Positions 8,620 to 18,243 are shown, numbered from the stretch's first letter. The stretch is DNA of 64,000 bases from Dehalococcoidia bacterium (GCA_965221295.1 OZ244879.1:1041603-1105602), one strand, 5' to 3'. The notes: a model not told the origin generated them from the sequence alone. A program made the numbers and translations.

Positions 8620-10092
8620 CTAGCGCATCATGCCGACGCGGACGTTGCGGAAGCGAGCCGGGCTGGCGCCGTGGCTGGTGTGGGCGATCTGCCCAGGTTG
8701 GCCCTTGCCGCAGCGCGGAGTGCCCCACATGCGCCATTGATCAGGCCCGCACACGGCGTCGCAGCTGCGCCAGAATTCCGGCGTGATGCCGGTGTAGGTG
8801 GTGTTGCGGAACAGGCGACCCAATTTGCCGTTCTTGATCTCGCGTCCGACCTCAGCGCCGAACTGAAAATTATAACGGCGATCATCGATGGACCAGGAGC
8901 GGTTGGTCTCCAGGTAGATGCCGTCGTCGGTGTCGGCGATCAGATCGTCCAGTTGCCACTCTCCCGGCTGCAGGCTCACGTTGGTCATGCGGATCAAGGG
9001 GATGCGGTTCCAGGAGGACGCCCGCATACAACCGTTGGACGGCAGGCCGAGGCGGGTAGCGGACTCACGGGACATGAGGTAGCCCACGAAGCGACCTTCG
9101 CGGATGATGTCGGTTGACTGGGCGGGGAGGCCTTCATCGTCCCAACCGAAAGAGCCCAACCCGGTGGGGCTGACGCTGTCGGCCGTGATGTTCACGTGGT
9201 GTGAACCGTACTGGAAGTTGTTGAGCAAGTCGGGGGTCAGGAAGGAAGCGCCGGCGAAGGCGGCTTCGTCGCCCAGCGCGCGGTCCAGTTCGACGGCGTG
9301 GCCGCACGATTCGTGGATCTGCAACGCCAGTTGGCTGCTGTCGATGATCAAGTCGGTGGCGATGTCAACGGGGCAAGGGTCGGCGGTGAGCAGTTCCGCC
9401 GCTTCTTCGGCGATTCGGCGGGCGTTGCCGACGAGGTCCATGGCGGTGACAAATTCCCATCCGGCGCAGCCCTGCTGGCGTCCGTGGGATTGAGGATAAG
9501 AACGGCGTTGCGTTTCACCGTTGCCGACCGCGGTGGCCTGCACGCCGCCGCCGGCTTCGTAGATGGTCTGGCTGACCAGCGCGCCTTCGGTGTTGGCGAA
9601 AGCGCGCTCTTCGCGGATGAAGATCAAGTTGCCCATTCGGGCGCTGACCTGGGGGATTGAAGCCATCTCGGAGTCGGCGGCGATTAGGAGCGCCAGCTTA
9701 TCCTCCAGGGCCACGGTGAACGGGTCGATGGCGATGGGTGTCGCGTAGCTGCCGCGGGAGGTCACGGGCGGGCCGAGCAACTGGCCGGCGGCGGCGCCAG
9801 AACCGTTGTGTCTCGCGGAGGCGCGAGCGATACGCACGGCTTGGCCGGCGGCCTGGTCGGCGGCGGCGTTGGTCAACTCGCGAGTGGAGGCAAACCCCCA
9901 GGCGCCGTTGAACAGAGCGCGGACGCCCAACCCAACGGACTCATCGCCGGTCATGGTTTCAACCACGCCGTTGCGAACCACGATGCGCTGCTCCCGGTTG
10001 GAGATCAGGCGGGCGTCGGCGTATTCGGCGCCGCGTCGCCGGGCGGTGTCCAGGGCGGAAGCGATGATGGCGTCCATGGTCGCCGGCTCCAT
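8620..10092 (-). CDS. tldD: TldD-family metallopeptidase
   Basis: 490 aa. HExxxH-type site HESCGHAVELD. N-terminus ALDTARRRGAEYADARL and the overall sequence are TldD-like. Confidence 0.85.
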   Translation of the reverse strand: MEPATMDAIIASALDTARRRGAEYADARLISNREQRIVVRNGVVETMTGDESVGLGVRALFNGAWGFASTRELTNAAADQAAGQAVRIARASARHNGSGAAAGQLLGPPVTSRGSYATPIAIDPFTVALEDKLALLIAADSEMASIPQVSARMGNLIFIREERAFANTEGALVSQTIYEAGGGVQATAVGNGETQRRSYPQSHGRQQGCAGWEFVTAMDLVGNARRIAEEAAELLTADPCPVDIATDLIIDSSQLALQIHESCGHAVELDRALGDEAAFAGASFLTPDLLNNFQYGSHHVNITADSVSPTGLGSFGWDDEGLPAQSTDIIREGRFVGYLMSRESATRLGLPSNGCMRASSWNRIPLIRMTNVSLQPGEWQLDDLIADTDDGIYLETNRSWSIDDRRYNFQFGAEVGREIKNGKLGRLFRNTTYTGITPEFWRSCDAVCGPDQWRMWGTPRCGKGQPGQIAHTSHGASPARFRNVRVGMMR

Positions 10093-10214
10093 GGGTGGGT
10101 GATTGGACTAGGAAAGTCAGGCGTACGGAACGGGAGCCGGGCTCACGGTGGTGGCGGCTCCGGGATTGCGGAGGCCAGCTTTGCGCGGTTAGCGCTGGGC
10201 TAGACCGGGCTGGG

Positions 10215-10775
10215 CTAGACCGGTAGGAAGGGCTCGTCGGACGGTGGGGGCAACTGTTCGAAGGCGTTGATGTTGAACGCCAGGACTGAGTAGTAGCCCA
10301 TCAGGTTGGTCAGCTCGACCAGGCCGCGTCGGCCGAACTGGGCGAGGGCGGCGTCGAAGGTGGCCTGGGATACACGGCGGGTGCGGAAGAACTCGCGGCC
10401 GTAGTTGATGACGGCGGATTCGGCGGCTGATATGGGTGGCAGGTCTTGCCGGTCGCGCAGGTTATCCACCAGGGCGTCGCTGAGACCGGCGCGGCGACCG
10501 GCGGCGGCGTGGGCGTGCCAGATGAACTGGCAGTCGAGCTCGCGAGCGGTGGTCAGCATCGCCAATTCCTGGATATTGTCGGGAAGGGACGACCCGTCGG
10601 CGCGAAGATAGGCGCGCAGGATTTCGCCACGCTGGGCGATTTCGGGCACGTGAAGTTGGACGGCAACCGGCCCCATTTCGGGGACGACGTTGTTGCGGGA
10701 TGACATGATGGCATCGAAGGCGGCTACCTGCTCCTGTGGTACGGAGTCTCTACTGGCGGTTGGCAAGCGGGGCAT
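10215..10775 (-). CDS. carboxymuconolactone decarboxylase (AhpD-like) family protein
   Basis: 186 aa. ELAMLTTARELDCQFIWHAHAAAGRRAGLSDALV is typical of the CMD family. Confidence 0.8.
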   Translation of the reverse strand: MPRLPTASRDSVPQEQVAAFDAIMSSRNNVVPEMGPVAVQLHVPEIAQRGEILRAYLRADGSSLPDNIQELAMLTTARELDCQFIWHAHAAAGRRAGLSDALVDNLRDRQDLPPISAAESAVINYGREFFRTRRVSQATFDAALAQFGRRGLVELTNLMGYYSVLAFNINAFEQLPPPSDEPFLPV

Positions 10776-10840
10776 GTCGCGTTCTCCTGAGGTGGTGGTT
10801 CAAGGGCCGGGCCAGACCGAAGCGTAGGTTCGCCGGGCCG

Positions 10841-11851
10841 TTACTGGCAGTTGGGGATGACCTCTTCGCCGAAGAGTTGGATGGCCTCCATGATGCGCTC
10901 GTGGGGCGGCCCGCCGGAGTGGGCGTGGCGCAGACGCAGGAGGAAGTAGTCGGCGCCGGTGGCCTCGCGCCAGCGATGGAATTCGTCCACGACCGCTTGC
11001 GGCTCCCCAAGGATCAGGCGATCCGGGCCGAGGTTGTCGATGTTAATTTGGGATTCTTCGGTGTAGCGGCGGAATTCGTTGAGGCCGTTGCGCCAGTAGT
11101 ACTTGTAGGCGTCGATCACCTCTGGGCCGTACACCCGTTCCGCTTCGTCGCGGGTTGGGGCGACCCAGGCGTCGCGCATCAGGCAAGTTACGGGCTGGCG
11201 TCCCGACTCCTGCGCGGCGTTTTGGTAGGCATGGGTCAGGGCGATGGTATTTTCGAGGTCTGTGCTGGGCCCGGCGACGAAACCGTCCGCGATGCGACCG
11301 GCGCGGCGGGCGCCGGGGATGCGGCTGGCGCCGATCCACAGTGGAGGCGAAGGGTCGGAGTAGGGCTTGGGAGTGATGGCGATGTCTTCCAGGTTGAAAT
11401 GCTCGCCGGAGAAGTTGAATCGCTCACCTGACCAGCATTGGCGAATGATTTCGATTTCTTCTTCAAACCGGCTGAGCCTCTGCTCGATGGGGATTTCAAA
11501 AGTGCGAAAGTCCACCGGTTGGTACCCCAGGCCCACGCCGAGGATGAACCGTCCTCTGGAAACCAGGTCCAGGGTGATTACGTCTTCCGCCAGATGCACT
11601 GGGTGGTGCAGTGGCAGCAGGATGACAGAGGTGCCCAGGTTCAGCGTGGTGGTCTGGGCGGCCACGGCGGCGGAGACGATCAACGGCGAAGGCAGGAAGC
11701 CATCCTTATCCTGGTGGTGCTCTCCGAAGAAGCAAGAATCAAAGCCGACGGACTCCGCGAGCTTCGCTTCGGCCACGACCTCATCGATGCGGGCCGCCAG
11801 ATTCTCGCCGGCGGGAGGGTCTGCGATGGAACTGTAGATGCCAAACTTCAT
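10841..11851 (-). CDS. LLM-class F420/flavin-dependent oxidoreductase
   Basis: ORF track gives 10841..11875. ATG 11851 (MKFGIYSS...) has an AGGTGAG site. GFDSCFFGEHH and ILGVGLGYQPVDF are LLM hallmarks. Confidence 0.85.
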   Translation of the reverse strand: MKFGIYSSIADPPAGENLAARIDEVVAEAKLAESVGFDSCFFGEHHQDKDGFLPSPLIVSAAVAAQTTTLNLGTSVILLPLHHPVHLAEDVITLDLVSRGRFILGVGLGYQPVDFRTFEIPIEQRLSRFEEEIEIIRQCWSGERFNFSGEHFNLEDIAITPKPYSDPSPPLWIGASRIPGARRAGRIADGFVAGPSTDLENTIALTHAYQNAAQESGRQPVTCLMRDAWVAPTRDEAERVYGPEVIDAYKYYWRNGLNEFRRYTEESQINIDNLGPDRLILGEPQAVVDEFHRWREATGADYFLLRLRHAHSGGPPHERIMEAIQLFGEEVIPNCQ

Positions 11852-11887
11852 GAACTCACCTGAAAATGAACTCACTTGACAAAGGAC

Positions 11888-12841
11888 TCACTTGAAATGA
11901 GACAACACCCGGTTGGAGAACATCTCCATTTGGCGGAAGTAGTCGTCGGTATCTCCGGCCAAAAAGCCAAAGACGAACTCGCGTACGCCGGCGTCGATGC
12001 GTTCTTGGATGGCGCCGATGCAGTCTTCGGCATTGCCGGCGACACAGAGGGCCCGGGCGATGTCCTCGGCGCTGCGTTCGGGCGTTACGTAGCGCTGGCC
12101 GACATGGGCGATGGCGGTGGCCATGGCGCGGTCTGGGTTGTCATCGATGGCGATGGGTTGATTCAAACCCCAGTTGAAACCGGTCAAATCGCGTCCGGAG
12201 TGTTCGGCCATATCGCGGACGCTGGCGTTGGACCTACGGATGCGATTGACGGTGAAAAGGTAGGGATACCAGCCGTCGCCGGCGATGGCCGCCCGTCGAA
12301 CGGCGGCGTCGCTACGTCCGGCGACCCAGATCGGCGGGTAGGGCCGCTGGATCGGTTTGGGCAGCAGGGTAACGTCGTCAAAATTGAAGAAACGCCCGTG
12401 GTGGGTGACGTTCTCGGCCGTCCACAGGTCTTTCATAACCCGCAGCATCTCGTCGGTGCGGCGACCCCGGGTGTTCACCGGGATTTCCAGGGCGTCGAAT
12501 TCGGCCTGCGTGTCGCGCTGGCCACTGATGCCGATGCCGAAGTCAAGGCGCCCGTCCGAGATCAGGTCGAGGATGGACACCATCTTCGCCAGCATCACCG
12601 GGTGATACAGCGGAGCGATGACGATGCCGGTGAGTACGCGAATCTTGGAGGTTGCGCCGGCGGCGGCGGCCATAGCGGGAATTCCCATCATGGTAGGGCG
12701 AGGCGGGTTGCCGTCCATGATGTGCTCGCCAACGGTTACCCGGTCGAAACCCAGGTCTTCCGCGCGTCGGGCGAATTCGGCGACGTTCCAGTAATCGTCG
12801 ACGGTGAGATTGCAACCGAAAGTTATAGCGCCTTCAGGCAT
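11888..12841 (-). CDS. LLM-class F420-dependent oxidoreductase
   Basis: 317 aa. GFDRVTVGEHI and RLDFGIGISGQ. AGAGGAA site before the ATG. Confidence 0.85.
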   Translation of the reverse strand: MPEGAITFGCNLTVDDYWNVAEFARRAEDLGFDRVTVGEHIMDGNPPRPTMMGIPAMAAAAGATSKIRVLTGIVIAPLYHPVMLAKMVSILDLISDGRLDFGIGISGQRDTQAEFDALEIPVNTRGRRTDEMLRVMKDLWTAENVTHHGRFFNFDDVTLLPKPIQRPYPPIWVAGRSDAAVRRAAIAGDGWYPYLFTVNRIRRSNASVRDMAEHSGRDLTGFNWGLNQPIAIDDNPDRAMATAIAHVGQRYVTPERSAEDIARALCVAGNAEDCIGAIQERIDAGVREFVFGFLAGDTDDYFRQMEMFSNRVLSHFK

Positions 12842-12856
12842 ATTGGGGTTCCTCTT

Positions 12857-12910
12857 GTGGGGATATTGCGCGTTGTGGGGATATTGCAGGTTGTGGGGTT
12901 ATTGCGCCAG
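12857..12910. repeat. 18-nt tandem repeat x3 spanning the redoxin gene stop
   Basis: gtggggatattgcgcgtt / gtggggatattgcaggtt / gtggggttattgcgccag at 12857, 12875 and 12893. The third copy contains the last codons and stop (12899-12901) of the TlpA-like gene. Confidence 0.9.
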
Positions 12911-13615
12911 CATCTCGTCGGTGATTTCAGCCAACTTTTCGCCGTTCAAAACGCCTTGCCATTTGCGGTGCAGGCTGCCGTCTGGGTTGACGAAGAAGGT
13001 AGCGGGCAGACCCAACACACCCAACTCCCGGACGACGTTGGCGTCTTCGGTATAGCCGGCGGGGTAGGTCACCGATAGGTCGTTGAGCAACTTGACAGCG
13101 TCGTCTTGGGAGCCCAAGCTGAAGAAAGGCCCGAGATCCACGCCCAGGACCAGCGTCCGGCCCGCGTACTCGTCGGCGAAGCTTTGAAATTCGGGCATTT
13201 CCGCACGGCAAGGCGGGCACAAACCTGCCCAGAAATTCAGTACGATTGGCTGTCCCCGCATGTCAGAAAGCGCTAGGGTCTGCCCTCCGACCACATCCTG
13301 CCCCTGGTAGAAATGGATCGAAAAGTCATAAACGGCGTCCGCCCTGGGCTCTGGGTCCGGCGAAGCGGCGGGATCGGCGCCACAGGCTCCGGCCAACAGC
13401 GCCAAAGTCAGGATGGAAATTGCCGCGAGCCAGACCTTGCCAGGCGAGTTGTTCCAAATTTCGACGAAAGATTTCACCGCGCTGCTCAACTTGAGCAGAT
13501 TAGCATAGGCGCCGGGGTTTGTTAAGCGGAGCGAGTCCCGACGGGGTTCTGCGAAATCCCCCACGACGCGATCCGTCAGGCGAGCCAGGATCAAACATGG
13601 CCGAAATTTCACCAA
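12899..13615 (-). CDS. TlpA-family thiol:disulfide oxidoreductase (redoxin), probable lipoprotein
   Basis: CPPC active site (WAGLCPPCRAEMPEF). Lipobox-like LTLALLAGAC. The coordinates are the maximal ORF (TTG 13615). The true start is probably internal (GTG 13564, TTG 13489 or GTG 13477), because the long form overlaps the divergent AI-2E gene start. Confidence 0.7.
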   Translation of the reverse strand: MVKFRPCLILARLTDRVVGDFAEPRRDSLRLTNPGAYANLLKLSSAVKSFVEIWNNSPGKVWLAAISILTLALLAGACGADPAASPDPEPRADAVYDFSIHFYQGQDVVGGQTLALSDMRGQPIVLNFWAGLCPPCRAEMPEFQSFADEYAGRTLVLGVDLGPFFSLGSQDDAVKLLNDLSVTYPAGYTEDANVVRELGVLGLPATFFVNPDGSLHRKWQGVLNGEKLAEITDEMLAQ

Positions 13616-14718
13616 AAACCGGACGCCGCCTCAAACTGATGTTGTCGGCGCTGTTCGCGGTTGCTCTGGTTGTGGCGATTTGGCAACTGCTCAGCATCCT
13701 GCTGCCGTTTTTGCTCAGCGCGGTGGTGGCCTACCTGCTGCTGCCGCTGGTTCGGTTGATTGACCGGGTTCCGTTGGCGAGGAAATGGCCTCACGCGGCG
13801 CGGGCGGCATCGGCCGGATTAGCGACGCTGCTGGTGATTCTGGCGGTGGCCGCATCGCTGGGGTTGGGCGTGTTCCGCCTGGTGGATGGTTCGATTACGC
13901 TGGCGGAACGGGCCCCTGGAATATTGGCTGAGGGGCGGGCCGTTTGGGAGGAGCTGCAGCGCCTGTACCTAAACCGCGTACCCGAGAACATCCGGGAACT
14001 GGTGGATCCCAGGCTGGGAGAGATGCGCGCGGAACTGTTCAAGGCTGGAATCGCGGCGCTGCAAAGGACTTCGCGAGTGGCGCAAAGCGGGATTTCGCAG
14101 GTGGTGAGTCTGGCGGCGTCGCCGATAATTCTGTTCTACCTTTTGTACCAACCGGCAACGCTGGGCAGCGGAGTGAAGCGATTGCTTCCCGGCCCGCTGC
14201 GGGAAGACCTTTGGGAAATTGGGCGGCTGGCCGGTGAATCCGTCGGGGCATACATTCGGATGCAGTTATTGCTGGGAGCGCTAGTGGGGGTTGTGGTAGG
14301 CGCCACGCTCCTGGCGTTGGGCATTCCGCTGGCGTTGCCGCTCGCCATCCTGGCGGCGCTGGCCGAATTGATTCCCATTGTTGGGCCGGCCATATTCATC
14401 GCGCTGGCTGGACTGGTGGTCGGGTTGATCGATTGGACCAAGCTGCCCTACCTGCTTGGAATATATCTGGTGGCGCAGATCCTTATGAACACCTTGATCG
14501 CGCCCCGGATGCAGGGCCAGGCGCTGGGATTGCATCCGCTGGCGTTAATCCTAGTGCTAGCCGTATTCGGGCTGTTCTTCGGATTTTTGGGCGCCTTGGT
14601 GGCGGCGCCGCTCACGGCGGCTGGGTATAGGGCGTTGACCTACGTGCGCGAGGAATGGGCGTCGGCGGGACTGGAATGGGCCGACGAACACCGGAGCGAG
14701 GCGGCGGAATCTGAGTAA
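13597..14718 (+). CDS. AI-2E family transporter (PerM/UPF0118-like membrane protein)
   Basis: ORF track starts at 13519. ATG 13597 (MAEISPKTGRR...) has an AGGA site. Multi-TM protein with AI-2E-like segments (LLPFLLSAVVAYLL, IPIVGPAIFIALAGL). Confidence 0.8.
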   Translation: MAEISPKTGRRLKLMLSALFAVALVVAIWQLLSILLPFLLSAVVAYLLLPLVRLIDRVPLARKWPHAARAASAGLATLLVILAVAASLGLGVFRLVDGSITLAERAPGILAEGRAVWEELQRLYLNRVPENIRELVDPRLGEMRAELFKAGIAALQRTSRVAQSGISQVVSLAASPIILFYLLYQPATLGSGVKRLLPGPLREDLWEIGRLAGESVGAYIRMQLLLGALVGVVVGATLLALGIPLALPLAILAALAELIPIVGPAIFIALAGLVVGLIDWTKLPYLLGIYLVAQILMNTLIAPRMQGQALGLHPLALILVLAVFGLFFGFLGALVAAPLTAAGYRALTYVREEWASAGLEWADEHRSEAAESE

Positions 14719-14783
14719 CCGGGAATTTGAAAGACCCGGAATCCGAGTGACCGGGAATCCGAGCAATTGGGAATCCGAATAAC
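14704..14783 (+). repeat. 16-nt tandem repeat x5 starting inside the last codons of the AI-2E gene
   Basis: gcggaatctgagtaac / cgggaatttgaaagac / ccggaatccgagtgac / cgggaatccgagcaat / tgggaatccgaataac at 14704, 14720, 14736, 14752 and 14768. The first unit holds the TAA stop (14716-14718). Confidence 0.9.
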
Positions 14784-14891
14784 CGAGGGACGCCAGACGT
14801 CGGATCGCCGGCGCGTAGTTTATTCGATTGGCGTGGTGTACAATCGGGACGAATACGGACGCCGCGCTTGCCGTCATGATGGGAGATTTTG

Positions 14892-16193
14892 ATGCGTATC
14901 CTGCTGATAGCCACCAATCGTCACAATCGGGTAATGAGCCGGATGCGGGCCCAGCCTATCCCCATCGGTTTGGCCTACGTCGCCGGGCATCTCGACCGAT
15001 CCCGCCACGAGGTCAAGTTGGTGGACTTGATGTTCGCCAGCGAGAATTATCTGGATGAGATTGAGGAAACGACCCGTGAATTTCGCCCGGAGTTGGTCGG
15101 AATCTCGATACGCAACCTCAGCAATCACAGCTACATAGATCCACAGTGGCAACTGCCCATCACCAGGGGGGTCATCGAGCGCATACGCGGGGTTTCGGAC
15201 GCGACGATAGTTTGCGGGGGCCCGGCGTTCAGCATCATGCCGGAGCGGGTGTTTGAATACGTGCAGCCCGACTTCGGTTTGGCCGGCGACGCGGGCGAGA
15301 GCTTCGCTGACCTGGCGAACCGCATTGAAATTGGGGAACCTGACTACCGGGGAATGACCGGCCTGTTGTACCGAGAAGACGGCCAATTGGTGTACAACGG
15401 CATGCGTTGTTCTTCCGATTTCGTCAGCCGGCCCAGCCTGGACGACCTGGACATGTCCAAGTACGCCCGGGCGGGTTTCGGCGTCAGCGTGCTGACCAAG
15501 CTGGGAGGATTCTACTATCCCACCTCGGCCGACGACATCAGGACGCCGGAAGGCGCGTGGCGGGTGATCCGCCCAATTGAAGAGGTGGTAGAGGAGGTGT
15601 CGGAGGTGACGCAACGATACGGTCTCAAGAAGATATTCTTCGTGGACAACTGCTTCAACGTGCCGCTGGAGCACGCCAAGGAGCTGTGCAACGCCCTGAT
15701 GGAAGCCGAGGTAAAGGTGCGGTGGAACACGTGCCTGGCGCCCTACGCTTGCGACGCCGAATTGATCGGGTTGATGAAACAAGCGGGTTGCGGCCTGGTG
15801 ATGATGGGCGGAACGCGCGGCGGCGACCCGCACGAAGGAGACAACGACACCTCCCGTTACGCGGCGCTCAAGGAGACCACCGAACTGTGCGAAGCGGGGG
15901 ATCTGCACTACACCATTTCGCAGCAATTTGGCGAGCCGGGCGAAACCCGTCAAACGGTGGAGAACAAGTTGGAATTTTTGCGGGGATTGAAGCCGTCGCT
16001 GGCCAACCTGCGCGTTGGAGTCAGCGTCATGCCCGGCACAGACGTGGCGGCGCGGTGTCTTGAAGAGGGAATCATCAAGGACGAATCGGAGTTGATCGCC
16101 CCCACCTTCTACATGGAAGAGGAAGTGCGACCGTGGTTGGTTGACTATCTGCGGGAGCAGGTGGACGCGAACCCGCGGTGGAACCTGATGTAG
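14892..16193 (+). CDS. B12-binding-domain / radical-SAM-like protein lacking the CxxxCxxC cluster motif
   Basis: ORF track gives 14889 (TTG). ATG 14892 follows GGGAG. N-terminal Rossmann-like B12-binding region (RILLIATNRH...PIGLAYVAGHL...ELVGISIRN). Radical-SAM-core-like strand WRVIRPIEEVVEEV...KKIFFVDNCFN. There is no CxxxCxxC anywhere. Confidence 0.75.
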   Translation: MRILLIATNRHNRVMSRMRAQPIPIGLAYVAGHLDRSRHEVKLVDLMFASENYLDEIEETTREFRPELVGISIRNLSNHSYIDPQWQLPITRGVIERIRGVSDATIVCGGPAFSIMPERVFEYVQPDFGLAGDAGESFADLANRIEIGEPDYRGMTGLLYREDGQLVYNGMRCSSDFVSRPSLDDLDMSKYARAGFGVSVLTKLGGFYYPTSADDIRTPEGAWRVIRPIEEVVEEVSEVTQRYGLKKIFFVDNCFNVPLEHAKELCNALMEAEVKVRWNTCLAPYACDAELIGLMKQAGCGLVMMGGTRGGDPHEGDNDTSRYAALKETTELCEAGDLHYTISQQFGEPGETRQTVENKLEFLRGLKPSLANLRVGVSVMPGTDVAARCLEEGIIKDESELIAPTFYMEEEVRPWLVDYLREQVDANPRWNLM

Positions 16194-16250
16194 AAAGCTG
16201 ACGACGAGCCCCATCTGCGTTCCCGGCGTTCGAGGTTTGTGGAGGTCATT

Positions 16251-16415
16251 ATGACCGGTATATTTGCGGGTATAATCGTGATGGTCTTTGCCGCCATCAT
16301 GTATCCCTTCTGGCCGGACTCGGCCTTCTTGGGGAATCTTTGGTCAAGCTTGGTCATGGGCGGTGTTGGGATTTTTACCGTCCTCATCGGTGCTTGGTGG
16401 AATTCCCTGGAATAG
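16251..16415 (+). CDS. small hypothetical membrane protein (54 aa)
   Basis: Below the ORF-track size cutoff. GGAGG at 16241 then the ATG: MTGIFAGIIVMVFAAIMYPFWPDSAFLGNLWSSLVMGGVGIFTVLIGAWWNSLE. Two hydrophobic helices. Confidence 0.45.
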   Translation: MTGIFAGIIVMVFAAIMYPFWPDSAFLGNLWSSLVMGGVGIFTVLIGAWWNSLE

Positions 16416-16422
16416 GAGCAAG

Positions 16423-16761
16423 ATGAACCGTCAACGGATATACCTGCTCTTGGTAGGAACGATTTTGACGGCGTGTTTTCTCGGCGCCGCCGCGATTCTG
16501 ACCCTGATTCGCTATGCTGACGTGGCGGCTGGCGGCTTGGGATTGGCAATGGCCATCTTCGGAGTTTGGGCCTCCGCCAGAGGCATGGCCTGCCTTACGG
16601 GTCTTGAAAAGCTTCCAAATGAGCAACACGACGCTGCCTACCGAACGCAACTGGAAACCGCTTACCGTTACCGCAACGCCGGGATCGCTGTGGGCATAAC
16701 CGGATCTGGTTTGCTGGTGTTCTCGTGGCAGACTTTCTTGGGCCGTTTCATTAACATGTGA
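16423..16761 (+). CDS. hypothetical membrane protein (112 aa)
   Basis: ATG 16423 (MNRQRIYLLLVGTILTACFLGAAAIL...), in frame within track ORF 16288..16761 and preceded by AGGAG. 3 hydrophobic segments. Confidence 0.55.
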   Translation: MNRQRIYLLLVGTILTACFLGAAAILTLIRYADVAAGGLGLAMAIFGVWASARGMACLTGLEKLPNEQHDAAYRTQLETAYRYRNAGIAVGITGSGLLVFSWQTFLGRFINM

Positions 16762-16794
16762 CGGTCCGGGCCTTTGTCGAATAGGAGAGAGAAG

Positions 16795-18243
16795 ATGACG
16801 CTGTCCCAGCATCCGCAGCTTGGAACCAACCGAATCACGTTGGCGGACGACGCGACCGCTCGCATCGCCCACCTGCTGCGTCGGGCCGGCTTTGGGGCCA
16901 CCCGGGCCGAGATCGACCGGGCGGCAGCTCAAGGCTACGAAGCCACGGTGGAGGAACTGCTGCACCCGGAATTGCAACCCGATCTGGAAATCGAAGACCT
17001 CATCCGCCGCTACCACACCGACCAGAACAGTTTGATGTTGCTGGAAAGCAGCCAAGGCTATTGGCTTTACCGCATCATCAACACCCGCCGGCCGCTGGAA
17101 GAAAAGATGGCCATGTTCTGGCATGGCCTGTTCGCCACCGCTTACGGGAAGCTTAACCACGCCAAGGCGGTGGTCAACCAAACCCATACCTTCCGCAGGC
17201 ACGGTTTGGGACGGTTCTCCAACATCCTGCTGGAACTATCCCGGGATCCGGCCATGATCTTCTGGCTGGACAACAAGGATAACCACAAGGACGCGCCCAA
17301 CGAGAACTACGGGCGTGAACTCCTAGAACTTTTCTCCATGGGGATCGGCAACTACACCGAGGATGACGTGAAAGCGGCCGCCCGATCCTTCACCGGCTGG
17401 ACCATCGAAAACGCGGAATACATGAGCATTCGGGCCAGCCGCGATTCGTTCTGGCCCTACGGTCGCATCGACTGGCAATTCCGGTACCGGGATGATGACC
17501 ACGACGCAACCGAAAAGACCTTCCTAGGTCATACTGGCGCGTTCAACGGGCAGGAAATCATTGACATCATCGTGCGGCAGCCGGCCACCGCACATTACAT
17601 TGCGGGAAAGCTCTATAACTTTTTCGTTTCCGACCGGCCCGACGAGGCCGCCACCGGCGCCCTGGCCGACGAGTTCATGCGCACCGGGGGCGACATTCGC
17701 GCCGTAATGCGTCGACTCTTTCACTCAGACTTCTTCTTGGAGGAATCCGCGCGGCTGGCTCGGGTCAAGAGCCCGGCGGAATTGGTGGGAGGCACCGCGC
17801 GTCTGGCGGGCAGCCACCGCACGCCGGAATGGACAATCGTGAACCTGGCCATGGATGTCAACTTCATGGGCCAGGAAATCTTGAATCCACCCACCGTGGA
17901 AGGCTGGCACACTGGCATGGAGTGGATTGACACCGGCAACTTGGTGGAGCGGATCAACGCCGCCGGCGCCGAGATGCGGGACCTAACGCGCCCAGGGGTG
18001 TCAGCAATCGTTGAACGGGTTCAATCGGGCAATGATGTCTTGTCGCCCCGCCAGCTGGCTGAGGCTTGTCTCGACGCAGTTGGCATGTTCGAGGTTTCGG
18101 AGACGACGCTGGACAGCCTTACGCAAATGGCGGCGCCGTGGGGAGAGATTCGCTTTGATCGGGACGATGCCGCCTGCTCGCGGGGGCGCATCGTCGAAAT
18201 GTTGCAGCTCATCGTCGCATCCCGCGAATACCAACTGGCATGA
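16795..18243 (+). CDS. DUF1800 domain-containing protein
   Basis: ATG 16795 follows AGGAGAGAGAAG (track start 16774). HLLRRAGFGATRAEIDRAAAQGYEATVEELL and KMAMFWHGLFAT are typical DUF1800 segments. Confidence 0.75.
   Translation: MTLSQHPQLGTNRITLADDATARIAHLLRRAGFGATRAEIDRAAAQGYEATVEELLHPELQPDLEIEDLIRRYHTDQNSLMLLESSQGYWLYRIINTRRPLEEKMAMFWHGLFATAYGKLNHAKAVVNQTHTFRRHGLGRFSNILLELSRDPAMIFWLDNKDNHKDAPNENYGRELLELFSMGIGNYTEDDVKAAARSFTGWTIENAEYMSIRASRDSFWPYGRIDWQFRYRDDDHDATEKTFLGHTGAFNGQEIIDIIVRQPATAHYIAGKLYNFFVSDRPDEAATGALADEFMRTGGDIRAVMRRLFHSDFFLEESARLARVKSPAELVGGTARLAGSHRTPEWTIVNLAMDVNFMGQEILNPPTVEGWHTGMEWIDTGNLVERINAAGAEMRDLTRPGVSAIVERVQSGNDVLSPRQLAEACLDAVGMFEVSETTLDSLTQMAAPWGEIRFDRDDAACSRGRIVEMLQLIVASREYQLA

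Noticed and set aside
14874-16214. 446-aa minus-strand ORF exactly antisense to the radical-SAM-like gene
   Set aside because: A shadow ORF typical of high-GC genes. Its product is Arg/His/Gln/Val-rich with no recognisable domain, whereas the plus-strand product has clear B12-binding/radical-SAM-like similarity and an RBS.
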